Notes under the pieces: generated by a model
What the model was told of the DNA's origin: nothing
Databases searched by the model: none
The model's input: only the letters and a program-made list of their open reading frames with translations
Translations under genes and position numbers: made by a program
Assembly (NCBI RefSeq): GCF_001194135.2
Contig: NC_068983.1
Coordinates: 122,739,471 to 122,803,470 of the forward strand
Length of the DNA stretch: 64,000 nucleotides
Source of the DNA: Octopus bimaculoides
Taxonomy: Eukaryota
Direction of reading: 5' to 3'
Part shown: piece by piece, positions 13,209-25,647 of the stretch
How the letters are laid out: each line of letters opens with the position of its first letter
Numbering within the stretch: the first letter of the stretch is position 1

Positions 13209-13514
13209 GTAAATGACGATTTTACTCATAGAATTTTATGTAATATAATCGACTTTTATTTAAAAGAATTTAAATATATATATAATCGCTTTATCTTCAA
13301 ATTAATTTAACTTGGAGAAGTATATAATTGCATACATATTATCAGTTTTATCAGAGCGTGTTTAATCAGATAATTGTCGAATTTTGGATAATGATGTACG
13401 TAATTATGATAATGATAAGGAATGTTGTTTGTATTGAGAGTGTTTGTTGTTTTTGTTATTGTGTGTGTGTGTGTGTGTATACGCGCACGCATACACAAAT
13501 ACACTACATGTATA

Positions 13515-13551
<37 letters not shown>

Positions 13552-13674
13552 CAACACACTACACGTGTGTGTATACGCACACACACACCTGTCTAGGGTT
13601 GGTGATAAGTGTCAAGTCAGGAAACTCACCGCCCCTGAGTCACTCTGTAGTTTATGCCGATTAATACAAACGTA

Positions 13675-13705
<31 letters not shown>

Positions 13706-14219
13706 TTATTTATCCACACACACACACACACACACGTCTTATGCAGGTATGTATGTATGGATGGATGCATGCATGCGTGGATGAAGTGAGTGAGAGGTAT
13801 ATGGATATTATAGAGTTGTCTAAGGTTTTGTGTGAAGGTTTAGCAGAACAAAGCTTCCGGTTGAAGTAAACATCGAAATTTTTTTTTTTTAATCCCGTAT
13901 AACGTAAAATCTAATTATTCTATCGTTAGAATTTTAGTTTATACAGTGGTAGCTGCTTATAGTGTTCACTTTAGGGGAAGACTTTCGATGACAATAACCG
14001 ACTAATAGACATTAAGTAAATAAAGAGTTTGGGGTCCACTATGTGTGATAACAATAATTGATTAATAACATTATCCATAATTACAATAAGCGCCTTTAAT
14101 TGCGTGAGTGTGTGTGTATATTGATTTTTACCATACATTTGTGAGAGGGTATAGTTGATTGAACTTAATTTGTACCGTGTTTTATCCACCCCACAAAAAT
14201 GAAAGCAAAGCCGAACATG

Positions 14220-14510
14220 TTAGGATTTGAACGCACAACTCTGACCAACATACATTTCTAACAGCGGTACAAAGCCACACATTTTTGAGGATGATATAGT
14301 CGAAAGTGGCAGATGGAATAAAGATATGGATAGAGAGAAATGCAGTGAGTGTGAACGCTTGACAAGCATTTTATTTAACCAACCCCGGAAGGGCAGAAAA
14401 CAAAGTCGATCGCGGTGCAGTTTGAACTCAGAGTATAAAGAGTCGTAACCAAATATTACAAAGTATTTTGTCCGACGCTCCAACGGATTTGTCATTCCAT
14501 CGCCTTGCAA
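14220..14510 (-). mobile_element. SINE copy (same family as 11850)
   Basis: Contains the aaagtcgatcgcggtgcagtttgaactcag consensus-like sequence. Confidence 0.55.
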
Positions 14511-14729
14511 AGTGTTTTTAAAAATTAATATTTTCCTTATAGTACCAGAATTTAGTGAAATGCTTTCACTTTAACCGGAAGCTTTGGTCTGCTAAAGCTC
14601 GCCGAAAGGTTTCATTTTAAATAACGCTACTATATACATATGTTCTGTGTGTGTGTGTGTGTGTGTGTGTGAAGGTCTGTATATGTGTGTATGTATATGT
14701 TTGTATGACGGTCTATATATACCTATATA

Positions 14730-14900
14730 AATCATCATTAAAGGTCTGTTTTTCATGCTGGTCTGGGTTGGACGGTTTAACAGGAGCTGGCAAATCAAAG
14801 GACTGCACTGAGCTCCAATCTCTGTTTTGGTATGGTTTCTACAACTGAATGCCCTCCCTAATGCCAACCACTTTACAGAGTGTAGTAGGTGCTTTGTAAA
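14730..14900 (+). mobile_element. SINE with (CAT)n head (tttccatgctgg...gcccttcctaa family)
   Basis: Same family at about 19560, 20590 (minus), 22620, 33930 (minus), 43130, 44460, 48200 and 56940. Confidence 0.7.
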
Positions 14901-15249
14901 TAGCACCAGCTCTAGTGAAGTCACTAAGTAACTTGCAGAGCAGGACCCCTTATCTGAGGTGGGGAGTTGCACTGAGGGTGGTGGCTTTATACCAGGTGAT
15001 AAGAAATCAAAGTATGATGGAGGAACAGGAATAGGTGTATTGCTGCAGAGGAAATACATAGTTAACCTAGTTGAGAGAGAGAGAGAGAAGATGGTGGTGA
15101 GGATGTCTGCAGGTGTGTGAGAGCTAAGTGGCAGATGACTAAAGATGTGGATAGAGGGAAATGCAGTGAGTGTGAACATGGGTGGAAACATAGTTAAATC
15201 ATGATTATCAGTTAAGGGGGAAAAGTGGAGGGAGGTAATTGTCCAAGAG

Positions 15250-15335
15250 AAGACACTTGTTCAAGGTGGCATGCAGTGGGACTGAACCTGGAACCAAGTG
15301 GTTGGAAAGCAAGCTTCTTACCACACTGCAACGCC
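15250..15335 (-). mobile_element. tRNA-derived SINE 5' part
   Basis: Reverse complement of ggtaagaagcttgcttcccaaccac...ggttcagtccc, also present at 57225-57385 (plus). Confidence 0.65.
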
Positions 15336-15337
15336 TG

Positions 15338-15393
<56 letters not shown>

Positions 15394-15899
15394 CATCATC
15401 GTCGTGCGTGCTTGTGGATGTGTGCGGGTATGTGCATATATAGATGTGTGAGTGTGCGTGCATGTGAGTATGTGTGTATATAGACGTGTTTTACTCTTAT
15501 TGCTTTTTTACACCTTTTTACACTTTTTTCTGCATTTTGCCTTTAGCCCTGTTTTTGCTAGTTCATGTGCATATATAGACGTGTGTATGAACCTTTTTTG
15601 TGCACATGTGAGCATGTATGCGGGTATGTATGTATTTTTTGGCGAATGTGTGGGCAAGTATATGTGTGTTTCAAGTGGGGGTGGATGAGTATATACATAT
15701 AGGCGCATGTACGTGGGGGGTTTGTGGACGTGCATGTGTACGTATGGATTTGTGTGCTTACGCGAATACTATGAACATTTTTATTCCCTTACCTTTACTC
15801 CCTCCCCTCACTTAGCGGTCATTCTAATAGCTCTTTTGTCTTAATAACGGTCAATCACACAGTAATTTGTTTAGCAGTCATTTTCATAGCATCTTTTTG

Positions 15900-16075
15900 A
15901 TGGCCAGATAACTGAAGAGATGGTGATGTGGGTTTCCGCCCTGACATCCAGAACTCAGAGTTTTATCACGGCTACCGAATTATTGTTATATATTATTTAC
16001 AGATAAATTCCTCTATTTACATAAAATCGAGGTCTCTTTCTTTCTTTTGTTGTGTTACCTTTTCTATCAAGATAG
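15900..16075 (+). mobile_element. Solo Penelope-like pseudo-LTR with a degenerate hammerhead
   Basis: Homologous to 39780-40085. CTGAAGA at 15912, GAAA mutated to AGAA. Confidence 0.55.
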
Positions 16076-16129
<54 letters not shown>

Positions 16130-16774
16130 ATATATAGATGAGTAACAAAGAGGTACAGGTTTCAATTCATTACAGCCGTTTCAAGCGACTCCTTTAATTG
16201 ATTAATAAAAACATTACATCATTGCAAAGAAACCATTTTTGTCAGATGACTCCATGAACTTCAAACATAAAAGACAATTCAATTGATTTTACATAGTCAC
16301 ACTCCACAGCCAAAATATTTACATTGAATCTGCTGTTAATCATTTGAGTCTGATATTCATTTTATATTGCACTGAGTCTGAGGTGCCTCAATTTAAGTAC
16401 CTAATTGAAGTAAATCTTAATTGTCTATACTTTTAACTGCTCTCATTACTTCCAAACATATTACCCGCTTTTTTAAGGTTACCTTTATCTTTCTCTGCCT
16501 CTAATTTTAATCCCCTGTCTCTTTATATGTTTTTTATATGATTTTCTTATTATTTTCTATGAATTCTTATTATTTTGTTTTCTTATTTTGGTATGCTTAC
16601 CTTATTAACCTCTTATCTTTTATAAATTGTCATTTTCCTTGTTCTTAAATTGATATTTTTCAGTTACTTATGTTTATGCAAAATATTTATACTATATTCT
16701 TTTATATAAGCATATACAAATATTTATGTGCATGTATATGTGCATAAATGCACATATATATGTGCATGTGTGTT

Positions 16775-16824
<50 letters not shown>

Positions 16825-17609
16825 CCCTCTTTGTGTATGTATCTGTATCCATTATCTTTATACTATTACACCTACTTATATCAGTACATATTTTCAAGTA
16901 TATTTTATATTTAATTATGTCTATGTATTATCATTATCTTATTATCCTGGTTCTGATTCATTGCTTCAAATCAATAGATAGTATGTCTATCTTTCCAGAT
17001 TTTCCATATGTGAGTGGCTTGAGTAGTCTTCATAGAAACCACCGAATAATTAATTAAGTAAAGAAGTGGTATTAAATTGATTCTACATAATTGTAATCTT
17101 CCTTTTAATATTTATAATTGATACATACACACCTTTTAGCTATTTTGATTATGATATCATTTTCTTGAATTAAAAAAAAAAATTATTTCATTTTTATACA
17201 ACATAATAATATCGCTTATAAACATTCCCCAATCGAGCCCCTAATATCTTTTCCTGTATCTCATTATAGCATCTTAAGTTTCATAGTGTCTTCCCCTTTA
17301 ACTGGTAATTAACATCATGAATTAAAGTCAATCCCTGTCCTGCCTCTTTTTCTTATAGACAATTCTATCTAATTGACTCTTTCTGAAGGTTTGTTTTCTT
17401 TTTCTCTTGTGGGTAAAGGGATACCTATGACAATATTTATGACCAATAGCTAGCCATGAGCCGTCAACTCACTTTTGTTCTTTATTCTAAATATACGCAG
17501 TCTTCTAGTCTCAGATTTTAATAGATGATAAAGAGATAGATAAATTGGAAATGAATTACAATGTTATGACCCCACTATGCTCCATATGCTAGTCTAAGAA
17601 ATTGTAGTC

Positions 17610-17860
17610 TGTTTTTCTTAGCCATTCTTGTTACAATAGTGACAACATGAATTTCTTCCATCTTCTTGCTCTGATAAAATATTTAAGAAAAATTATATTA
17701 ATGTATCCTACCTGTTGAAGTTCGATATATTTTTTGTGCAGCTGAAGATAGCACTGTATTTAAATTGATGTAATGATTGCATTGTTCAATTAAATGGAGC
17801 TGCTTGAAATAGTTGGACTGCAATACTACTTGATATCCTGTTGCTTATTTTGATATATAT
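17610..17860. repeat. Dispersed repeat shared with 30355-30580
   Basis: Alignable by eye (gtgcagctgaagatagcactgtatttaaattg; actacttgatatcctgtt). Class uncertain. Confidence 0.75.
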
Positions 17861-18589
17861 ATATATATATACATACATATATTTTATCCGCATTGGGTTT
17901 CCCATGAGGGAGCTGTCTTTTTGTAGAAGTAGCCCTACACTACCATGCATGTTGACAGTTTCTTTGACAACTATTTTATTTAGTTATGGGCACTACTGCC
18001 CGGAATCCCTTAGCTTCTTATGACTGAGATGTGAGTTTTTTTTCTTCTTTCTCCATTTTCTGGAGGTGTGGACAGATTTATTACCACATATATTTAACAT
18101 TATATTAACATTCCAAAATTTACTCTCTCAACCAGCACCAAGAGGAGAGAGTCGATATGCATTCTATACTCTTTGTGAAACAAATCCTGAATATTAAATC
18201 TTATTTTAATTTTAATTCACCTGAAGAAAATGTTTTATTTTCACATGATATGATTGATTTGTTCTTCAATAAAAAAACATATCTGCAACAGTTGTAGTGG
18301 ACCTTAGCCCATTTGCACTATCTATACTACACCACACTTAGGACCTTCCCTGCTTTGGATCTTGAGCCTTCTGTGGATTGTTGATTGCATGCTGGACTAT
18401 ACTTTTGTGTAGTTCTACGTATAGATTGGGTGCTTTTGGGTCTATACTTGTGAATGTAGGCATAACTGGAAGGGCAAATACGTGATTGCATTAGTAAGTA
18501 TGTGAGTGTCTGTACACACTGTTAATACACAGGTATGCTGTCCCCAACTCTACCTTAGTGCCTTTGTTATCAAAATACGTGATCCTAAT

Positions 18590-18943
18590 AACATATACAC
18601 ACAGACATATATGCATATATATATACACATTTATTAACATTTTATAATGTTATGTCTATGTATATACATGTCTATGTATATACATGTATATGTGTGTATA
18701 TATGTGTGTGCTTGTATATGTGTGTGTATGCCCTTTATATAAATATAAACGAATATATATATATATATATATATATGTTATGTATATGATATATGTATAT
18801 ATGTATGTATGTGTGTATGTATGTATGTGTGTATATGTGTCTATATACATGTGTGTATACATATATAAATTATGTGTGTGTATATATATATATGTAATAT
18901 ATGCATATGTATATATGTATGTATATATGTGTGTATATATATA

Positions 18944-18975
<32 letters not shown>

Positions 18976-18977
18976 CA

Positions 18978-19015
<38 letters not shown>
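18590..19015. repeat. Compound (AT)/(GT) microsatellite
   Basis: Directly visible. It produces spurious ORFs. Confidence 0.95.
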
Positions 19016-19506
19016 AGATTAATATAAACAACAGGACACAATGTTTCACCAGAAAGGGGAATTATAATTGTCACTAAATGTGACTAGGGTGTTAAGAAGC
19101 ACCTATATTGCTAGAAATAAGAGCTAAAAGGCTGTCATACTGTAGTTAACGCGCATGAATGAAAACATGTACTCTAACAGGGACCATAATTATCTGAAAA
19201 GTGCCAATCAAGAATTCTTGATACTAACATCAGTTTCAGCAATTTCCATTGTCTCATTAGTTAAGCCCACTTGATCTTAGCTTTTTGTGGATTAGCTTCT
19301 CTTTTAGAATATATGTTTCCATCATCCAAATTAATGGATGATTTAGCAATTTGCTAATGAGTATACATAGAAATTAATATAAACAGCAGGTTTGGGATGA
19401 TTCATTCCCTGTTAGTTTATATGTTTTCATTCATGTGCATTAACTAAAGCATTAAGGCCTTTTTAGCTCTTATTTTTAGCAATGTGGGTGATTCTTAACA
19501 CCCTAA

Positions 19507-19542
<36 letters not shown>

Positions 19543-19553
19543 ATCCATCCAAC

Positions 19554-19559
<6 letters not shown>

Positions 19560-19586
<27 letters not shown>

Positions 19587-20507
19587 TGTCGTTTAATGTC
19601 AGCTTTCCATGCTGGCATAGGCTGGATAGTTTGACTGAGAACTGGCAAGCTGGGAGGTTTGGCCAGGCACCAGTCTGATCTGGCAAGGTTTCTACAGCTG
19701 GATGCCCTTCCTAACACAAACCACTCTGAGAGTGTAATGGGTGCTTTTTACATGCCACTGGCATGGGAGCCAGTCAAGCAGCACTGGCATCGACTACACT
19801 TGAATGGTACCTTTTACATGCCAGTCAGGCAGCACTGGCATTAGCCACACTGGAATGGTACTTTTTACGTGTCATTGGCATAGGTGCCAGTCAAGTGGCA
19901 TGGCATTGGCCACACTTGAATGGTGCTTTTTAGGTTCCTCTGGCACAGGTGCCAATCAAGCAGCACTGGTATCAGCCACACTTGAATGGTGTTTTATTTT
20001 CTTTTACATGCCACCAGCATGGGTGCCAGTCAGGCAGCACTGGCATCAGCCATGACTACAATTTCACTCGATTCAACAGGTCTTCACAAGCATGGCATAT
20101 CACCCAACAATTGAAGGATGCTTTTAAACAGGCCAGATATGCAACACTGGCATTGGCCATGACTACGATCTTTCTTGGCTTGCCAGGTCTTCTCAAGCAT
20201 GGCATATCTCCAAAAGTCTTGGTCACTTGTCAAAGCCTCTGTGAGGCCCAACGTTCAAAGGTCATGCTTCACCACCTCGTCCCATATCTTCCTGGGTCTA
20301 CCTCTGCCACAGGTTCCCTCCACTGTTAGGGTGTGACACCTCACACAACTGTCCTCATCCATATGCATCACATGACCATATCAGCACAGTCATCTCTCTT
20401 GCACACCACGTCTGATGCCTCTTATGTCCCACTTTTCTCTCAGGGTGCTAACACTCTGTTGTATATGCACACTGACATTACACATCCTGCGGAACATACT
20501 AGCTTCA

Positions 20508-20510
<3 letters not shown>
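19560..20510 (+). mobile_element. SINE with an internal ~60-bp tandem minisatellite and extended tail
   Basis: (CAT)n head, SINE core, then about 5 units of gccagtcaggcagcactggcat..gccacacttgaatggtgcttttta. Confidence 0.7.
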
Positions 20511-20548
<38 letters not shown>

Positions 20549-20879
20549 NNNNNNNNNNNNNNNNNNNNNNNNNNCATATATATATATATATATATGTTAG
20601 GAAGGGCATCCAGCTGTAGAAACTCTGCCAAATTAGATTGGAGCCTGGTGTAGCCATCCGGTTGCACCAGTCCTCAGTCAAATCGTCCAACCCATGCTAG
20701 CATGGAAAGCGGACGTTAAACGATGATGATGATGATGATGATGATGATATATATATATATATATGCACTCACACACACAGAGAAATGAACCTGATGGTGC
20801 TTTGTTGTTCTACTGGGAAGTAATACTACTGTATTGCTCTATTTAATGCTTTCTTTGAAAGCTTTTGCACTGTTCTCAG

Positions 20880-20951
20880 TCTGTTATGGGCTAGGTGTTT
20901 CACACAAGTATATACTGGTATTGATGTAGCGACAGTTGAGACTTTATCCAG
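20880..20951 (+). CDS. Candidate internal exon (SLLWARCFTQVYTGIDVATVETLSR)
   Basis: tgttctcag| acceptor and AG|GTAAAT donor. Phase-2 compatible with the 13150 exon. Open frame. Confidence 0.35.
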
Positions 20952-21204
20952 GTAAATTTAGCCGATGAGAATTTATATTAACAAACGTAATTTGGTAAGT
21001 TTGAAACCTAGCTCCTTGACTGTCCACATCTAGGTTGTACATTTAGTTAATGTTCTTCCTACAGGTAAGATAAAATTTTTTATGCTTGCTGCCCGATAAC
21101 ATTTTGCCAGTATATACATATACATACAGCAAAGCTTTACTTTAGCATTGTATATTATTGACTGCTATTTCCAGTAAATATTGGTGCATTGTTATATCAC
21201 TATC

Positions 21205-21208
21205 TTAT

Positions 21209-21239
<31 letters not shown>

Positions 21240-21475
21240 TGTATATGTGTGTGTGTATGCATATGTATATGTGTGTTTGTATATATATATATATGTATGT
21301 ATGTGTGTGTATATATATGTATATGTGTGTATGTATATGTATGTTTGTGTATATATGTGTATATGTGTGTATATGTGTGTATATGTGTGTGTATATGTAT
21401 GTGTGTGTATATATATGTGTATGTGTGCATGTATTTATGTATATCTATATGCACATGTGTGTATATATGTATATA
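21205..21475. repeat. Compound (AT)/(GT) microsatellite
   Basis: Directly visible. Confidence 0.95.
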
Positions 21476-21529
21476 GAGCTGCGGCCATGCTGATGCACCA
21501 CCGTGTTGCTACACTGTTATTACAGGGAG

Positions 21530-21790
21530 CCTCTTACAATATGTGGCACTTGGTGAAGAATGGAGTTTGATTTAGCAACCCTCATTTGCACCTCCTGCCG
21601 CGAGGTAGGTTCATCTGGGACTCTCGATAGGAAGAGGTCCAGCTTTGATTTAAAAACCCCTACATCTACTTTGTGCAGATTCCTCAGGCTCTTTGAGAGA
21701 ATATTAAAAAGCTGTGGGCCCCTGAATCCCAAGCTGTTGCAGTAACTGGTCCTGAAGCGCGATGGCATTGCTGGGATCTTTAGCACTATA
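21530..21790 (-). mobile_element. CR1/L2-type LINE 3' end
   Basis: NSLGFRGPQLFNIL...FKSKLDLFLSRVPDEP...AKSNSILHQ is a typical CR1/L2 ORF2 C-terminus. Confidence 0.75.
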
Positions 21791-22566
21791 TGTATATATA
21801 TGTATATATAAAAAAACAAAAACAAAAAATGGAACAAGAACATAACAGGTGACAACAAAACATCTGGACAGTTAGACGATACAAAAAAAGGACAGGAAAA
21901 AACAAGGATGGGTCATTCAGAGCTTTCTATCTTCAGTCGAGTACCAGATTGTCGTTGCAGTTTTGGCTGGTTACACTTGAGACTGCTCTAATCTGGCCAG
22001 CCCCAAGGAAATCTAGTGNNNNNNNNNNNNNNNNNNNNNNNNNNNNNNNNNNNNNNNNNNNNNNNNNNNNNNNNNNNNNNNNNNNNNNNNNNNNNNNNNN
22101 NNNNNNNNNNNNNNNNNNNNNNNNNNNNNNNNNNNNNNNNNNNNNNNNNNNNNNNNNNNNNNNNNNNNNNNNNNNNNNNNNNNNNNNNNNNNNNNNNNNN
22201 NNNNNNNNNNNNNNNNNNNNNNNNNNNNNNNNNNNNNNNNNNNNNNNNNNNNNNNNNNNNNNNNNNNNNNNNNNNNNNNNNNNNNNNNNNNNNNNNNNNN
22301 NNNNNNNNNNNNNNNNNNNNNNNNNNNNNNNNNNNNNNNNNNNNNNNNNNNNNNNNNNNNNNNNNNNNNNNNNNNNNNNNNNNNNNNNNNNNNNNNNNNN
22401 NNNNNNNNNNNNNNNNNNNNNNNNNNNNNNNNNNNNNNNNNNNNNNNNNNNNNNNNNNNNNNNNNNNNNNNNNNNNNNNNNNNNNNNNNNNNNNNNNNNN
22501 NNNNNNNNNNNNNNNNNNNNNNNNNNNNNNNNNNNNNNNNNNNNNNNNNNNNNNNNNNNNNNNNNN

Positions 22567-22610
<44 letters not shown>

Positions 22611-22849
22611 TATATCATCATCATCATTCAACGGTCATTTTCCATGCTGGTATGGGTTAGACAGTTTGACTGAAAATGGGTAAACTGGGGAGCTGCATTG
22701 AGTTTCAGTCTGATTTTGCATGATTTCAACAGCTGGATGCCCTTCCTAATGCCAACCATCCCAATAGTGTAGTTGGTGTATTTTATGTGCCTCCATCACG
22801 TGTGCCACTTACTAAACATGGGCATTGGCCATGACCAATTGGTTTGGGA

Positions 22850-23946
22850 TATGCTTCATAGTCATGTAACGGAAAATACTAAAACCCAGTTATCCAAAGC
22901 CAATACTAATATTCTGTTATCCCTGATGGTTTGACTTCTGTACTGCAGCTACTTGATGTCAGTTTAAACAAACCATTTAAAGATAATGTGAGAGAGCAAT
23001 GGAATGACTGGATGATAAATGGAGAAAAATCTTTTACAAATGGTGGAGCTATGCATGCTGCCTCACTTGATGTTCTCTGTGATTTTGTTACAAAGGCATG
23101 GGACAAAGTTAAAGTAGAAAATGTGATAAAATCATTTTAAAAATGCAGTATCTCTAATGCCATGGATAGTACCGAAGATGATATTCTGTACAGTAGCAAT
23201 GACAGAGTTGAAATCGATTCACCAGAACCAGACTGGAATCCTTATGATGATGGCATATGTGATGAATCTTGTGATTTGCATGAGAAACTTTTAGAAACTG
23301 ATAGTGATGATTGTGAGGAATTTGATGGGTTTTGAATAAATACATGTGGCAGGTTTGATGTTTTATTAATATTATTTATCGTGATAGGAAATAAAAAAAA
23401 TTATGTCTTATGTTTTAATTGAAACAACTGTACATTTTATTGAAAAATAAAGATTGTGTGTAATCCAAATTGTGTTATTTACCACCAAATGATAATAGAT
23501 ATTTTATGAAAAATACAAATATGTTATTCTAAATGTTATTACTACAGCTATACATCACCATTAAAATTTTTAAAAGGTTAGTGAAAGACAAAGGTTACTG
23601 TGAGTACAACCATAACTCAATGTTTACATTTTCTCAGCCGAGCTAGCATAAATTAAAGTTGATTTCAATGATATAGAATTATCTCTCAAATAGGCTGTTT
23701 ATTATGAAGATATGCCAATAATATATAAGGTAAAAATGTTTTTATTATTTATAATATAATTTTTTTAAATTTTATTAATCTGTTCACGTATGTTTGTGGT
23801 TATCGCACTGAAGTTGAGGTTAGCATACTTATAAAATCACTTAAAATTCAAAGTTTGATTTTTGGAATGGTGGTATACGATGACCCCAAATTCTTAGGGT
23901 AAATTTTAGGATTTAAAGGTTGTCGTATACACAGAAATATATGGTA
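22850..23946 (+). mobile_element. pogo-family (DDE_1) transposon 3' portion
   Basis: LQLLDVSLNKPFKDNVREQWNDW...DFVTKAWDKV...IKSF with an acidic tail. Terminal gtcgtatacacagaaatatatggTA. Confidence 0.8.
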
Positions 23947-24065
23947 CATATATATAAATATATATATATTCAGTTGAATTAGGTGCTTAAAATGAAGCAC
24001 CATGTCAGTCCAGTATTATCCGTGCAGTTCAAAGGTGAATAAAATCAAAATAAGTAACAGGATAT

Positions 24066-24517
24066 TGTAGGCATCCAGTGCCGTCAAGTTTTAATCTAGA
24101 ATTATCTCCCCTGTCACATCGTTAACAACAAGGTGGCGCTCGTTAGATAGATATAAAAAGATGCGCACAGCCAAAGAAAATCCTTTTTTCCTTTCCCACG
24201 TGGCCTGCAGTTAACTACTTCTCCATCTCTGTTCCTGCTACTGGACGACACTGCGTTGATTTGAATTTTTTAAAATCCTCTATACCAGTCATGGAAGGCG
24301 GCAAGACAAAAACCTTTTCTTATTCAACTTCCATTCTGTTCTGTTGAATGCTAATATACAAGTTGTGTAAAAATGCTCTCATCAGGGAATAAATACTCCA
24401 TGTATATGAAGTCTTTGAAAACTCATACAAGTTGTTGTTCCTCACTGGATTAATTCCTACAGCTATCGAAGGATGCACGAATATTGTATTAAATTAGTGG
24501 GCTAAAGGCTCGCTAAA
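24066..24517 (+). repeat. 5' LTR
   Basis: Direct repeat of 29874-30338, roughly 93% identical by eye. Confidence 0.92.
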
Positions 24518-24518
24518 G

Positions 24519-24532
24519 TGGTGACCCCGACG
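24519..24532 (+). promoter_or_regulatory. Primer binding site, tRNA-Trp type
   Basis: TGGTGACCCCGACG is complementary to the eukaryotic tRNA-Trp 3' end and sits one base after the LTR. Confidence 0.85.
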
Positions 24533-24622
24533 TCAGAAACTATCTGCCAGATAGTTTCTTTAAAAAAAACCCCAGGAAATACGTGTTAAAACAAAAAAAA
24601 AATGTATTTTAAATAGCTCGTT

Positions 24623-25550
24623 CGGATCTTTATGATTTGACGGGCAACATTTTTTTATGTAGTGTTTTTGGTACCGAAACACTTTCAAACTTCGAATACT
24701 TGTATATTTTGTGTTATAGAACAGATAAAAAATTTTGTATTCAAAGTTATTTCATGTAAAAAATTGTCGTATTTCGGTCATTTCAACCAATCACTGACGT
24801 CTATTGAGGTGAAAACAATTACGCCGTGGAATGTAAACAACGGTGTTACGGGATTTTTTCCCTTGAATAAAATTAGTGCCGTTGTTTGTCNNNNNNNNNN
24901 NNNNNNNNNNNNNNNNNNNNNNNNNNNNNNNNNNNNNNNNNNNNNNNNNNNNNNNNNNNNNNNNNNNNNNNNNNNNNNNNNNNNNNNNNNNNNNNNNNNN
25001 NNNNNNNNNNNNNNNNNNNNNNNNNNNNNNNNNNNNNNNNNNNNNNNNNNNNNNNNNNNNNNNNNNNNNNNNNNNNNNNNNNNNNNNNNNNNNNNNNNNN
25101 NNNNNNNNNNNNNNNNNNNNNNNNNNNNNNNNNNNNNNNNNNNNNNNNNNNNNNNNNNNNNNNNATTACGGTTAGGGTTATGATTATTTTTGCCATAACC
25201 TTAACTCTAACCCTATAACTCATAACTCTAACCCCAACCCCAACCCTAACCCTAAAATCCGAACCCTAACCCTAAAACCCTAAACCCTTACTAGGGAATA
25301 ATAATATAATTAAACAGGGAATAACACACTTGACACCGAACAGCACTAACTGTATTCAGCTGAATAGACGTCAGTGATTGGTTGAAATTACAGAAATACG
25401 ACAACTTTAACATGAAATAACTTGCGATGTACAATTTTTTGTTAAGAAGGTTAAGAGAAGTTGTTTTATATGACACATTCTACCAGTGTCCTAAGTTTGA
25501 AAGTGTTTCGTTAAGAAAACAAGTGTTGCCCGTCAAATCATAAAGATCCG
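24623..25550. mobile_element. Non-autonomous foldback/TIR element nested in the Gypsy leader
   Basis: Terminal CGGATCTTTATGATTTGACGGGCAACA inverted at both ends. Imperfect arms of about 190 bp. Possible 6-bp TSD (CTCGTT/CTCGCT). Internal CCCTAA-like repeats. Confidence 0.8.
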
Positions 25551-25647
25551 CTCGCTCTCCTTTTTTGACACCCACGTATGGAAGATTCTGTTCTTTACAA
25601 CATGGCGGATGACTGTCGTCTCCATTGCTTGACCATATGTCTCACGC

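Noticed and set aside
19740-20060. Regularly spaced repeats superficially like a CRISPR array
   Set aside because: Eukaryotic context, whole units are homologous with no unique spacers, and there are no cas genes.
13300-21480. Many ORFs of YI/CV/HT repeats
   Set aside because: They are translations of (AT)n/(GT)n microsatellites, not genes.
21933-22683. Long ORFs of 200-244 aa
   Set aside because: They are open only because they run through an N gap. The same applies at 24662-25223.
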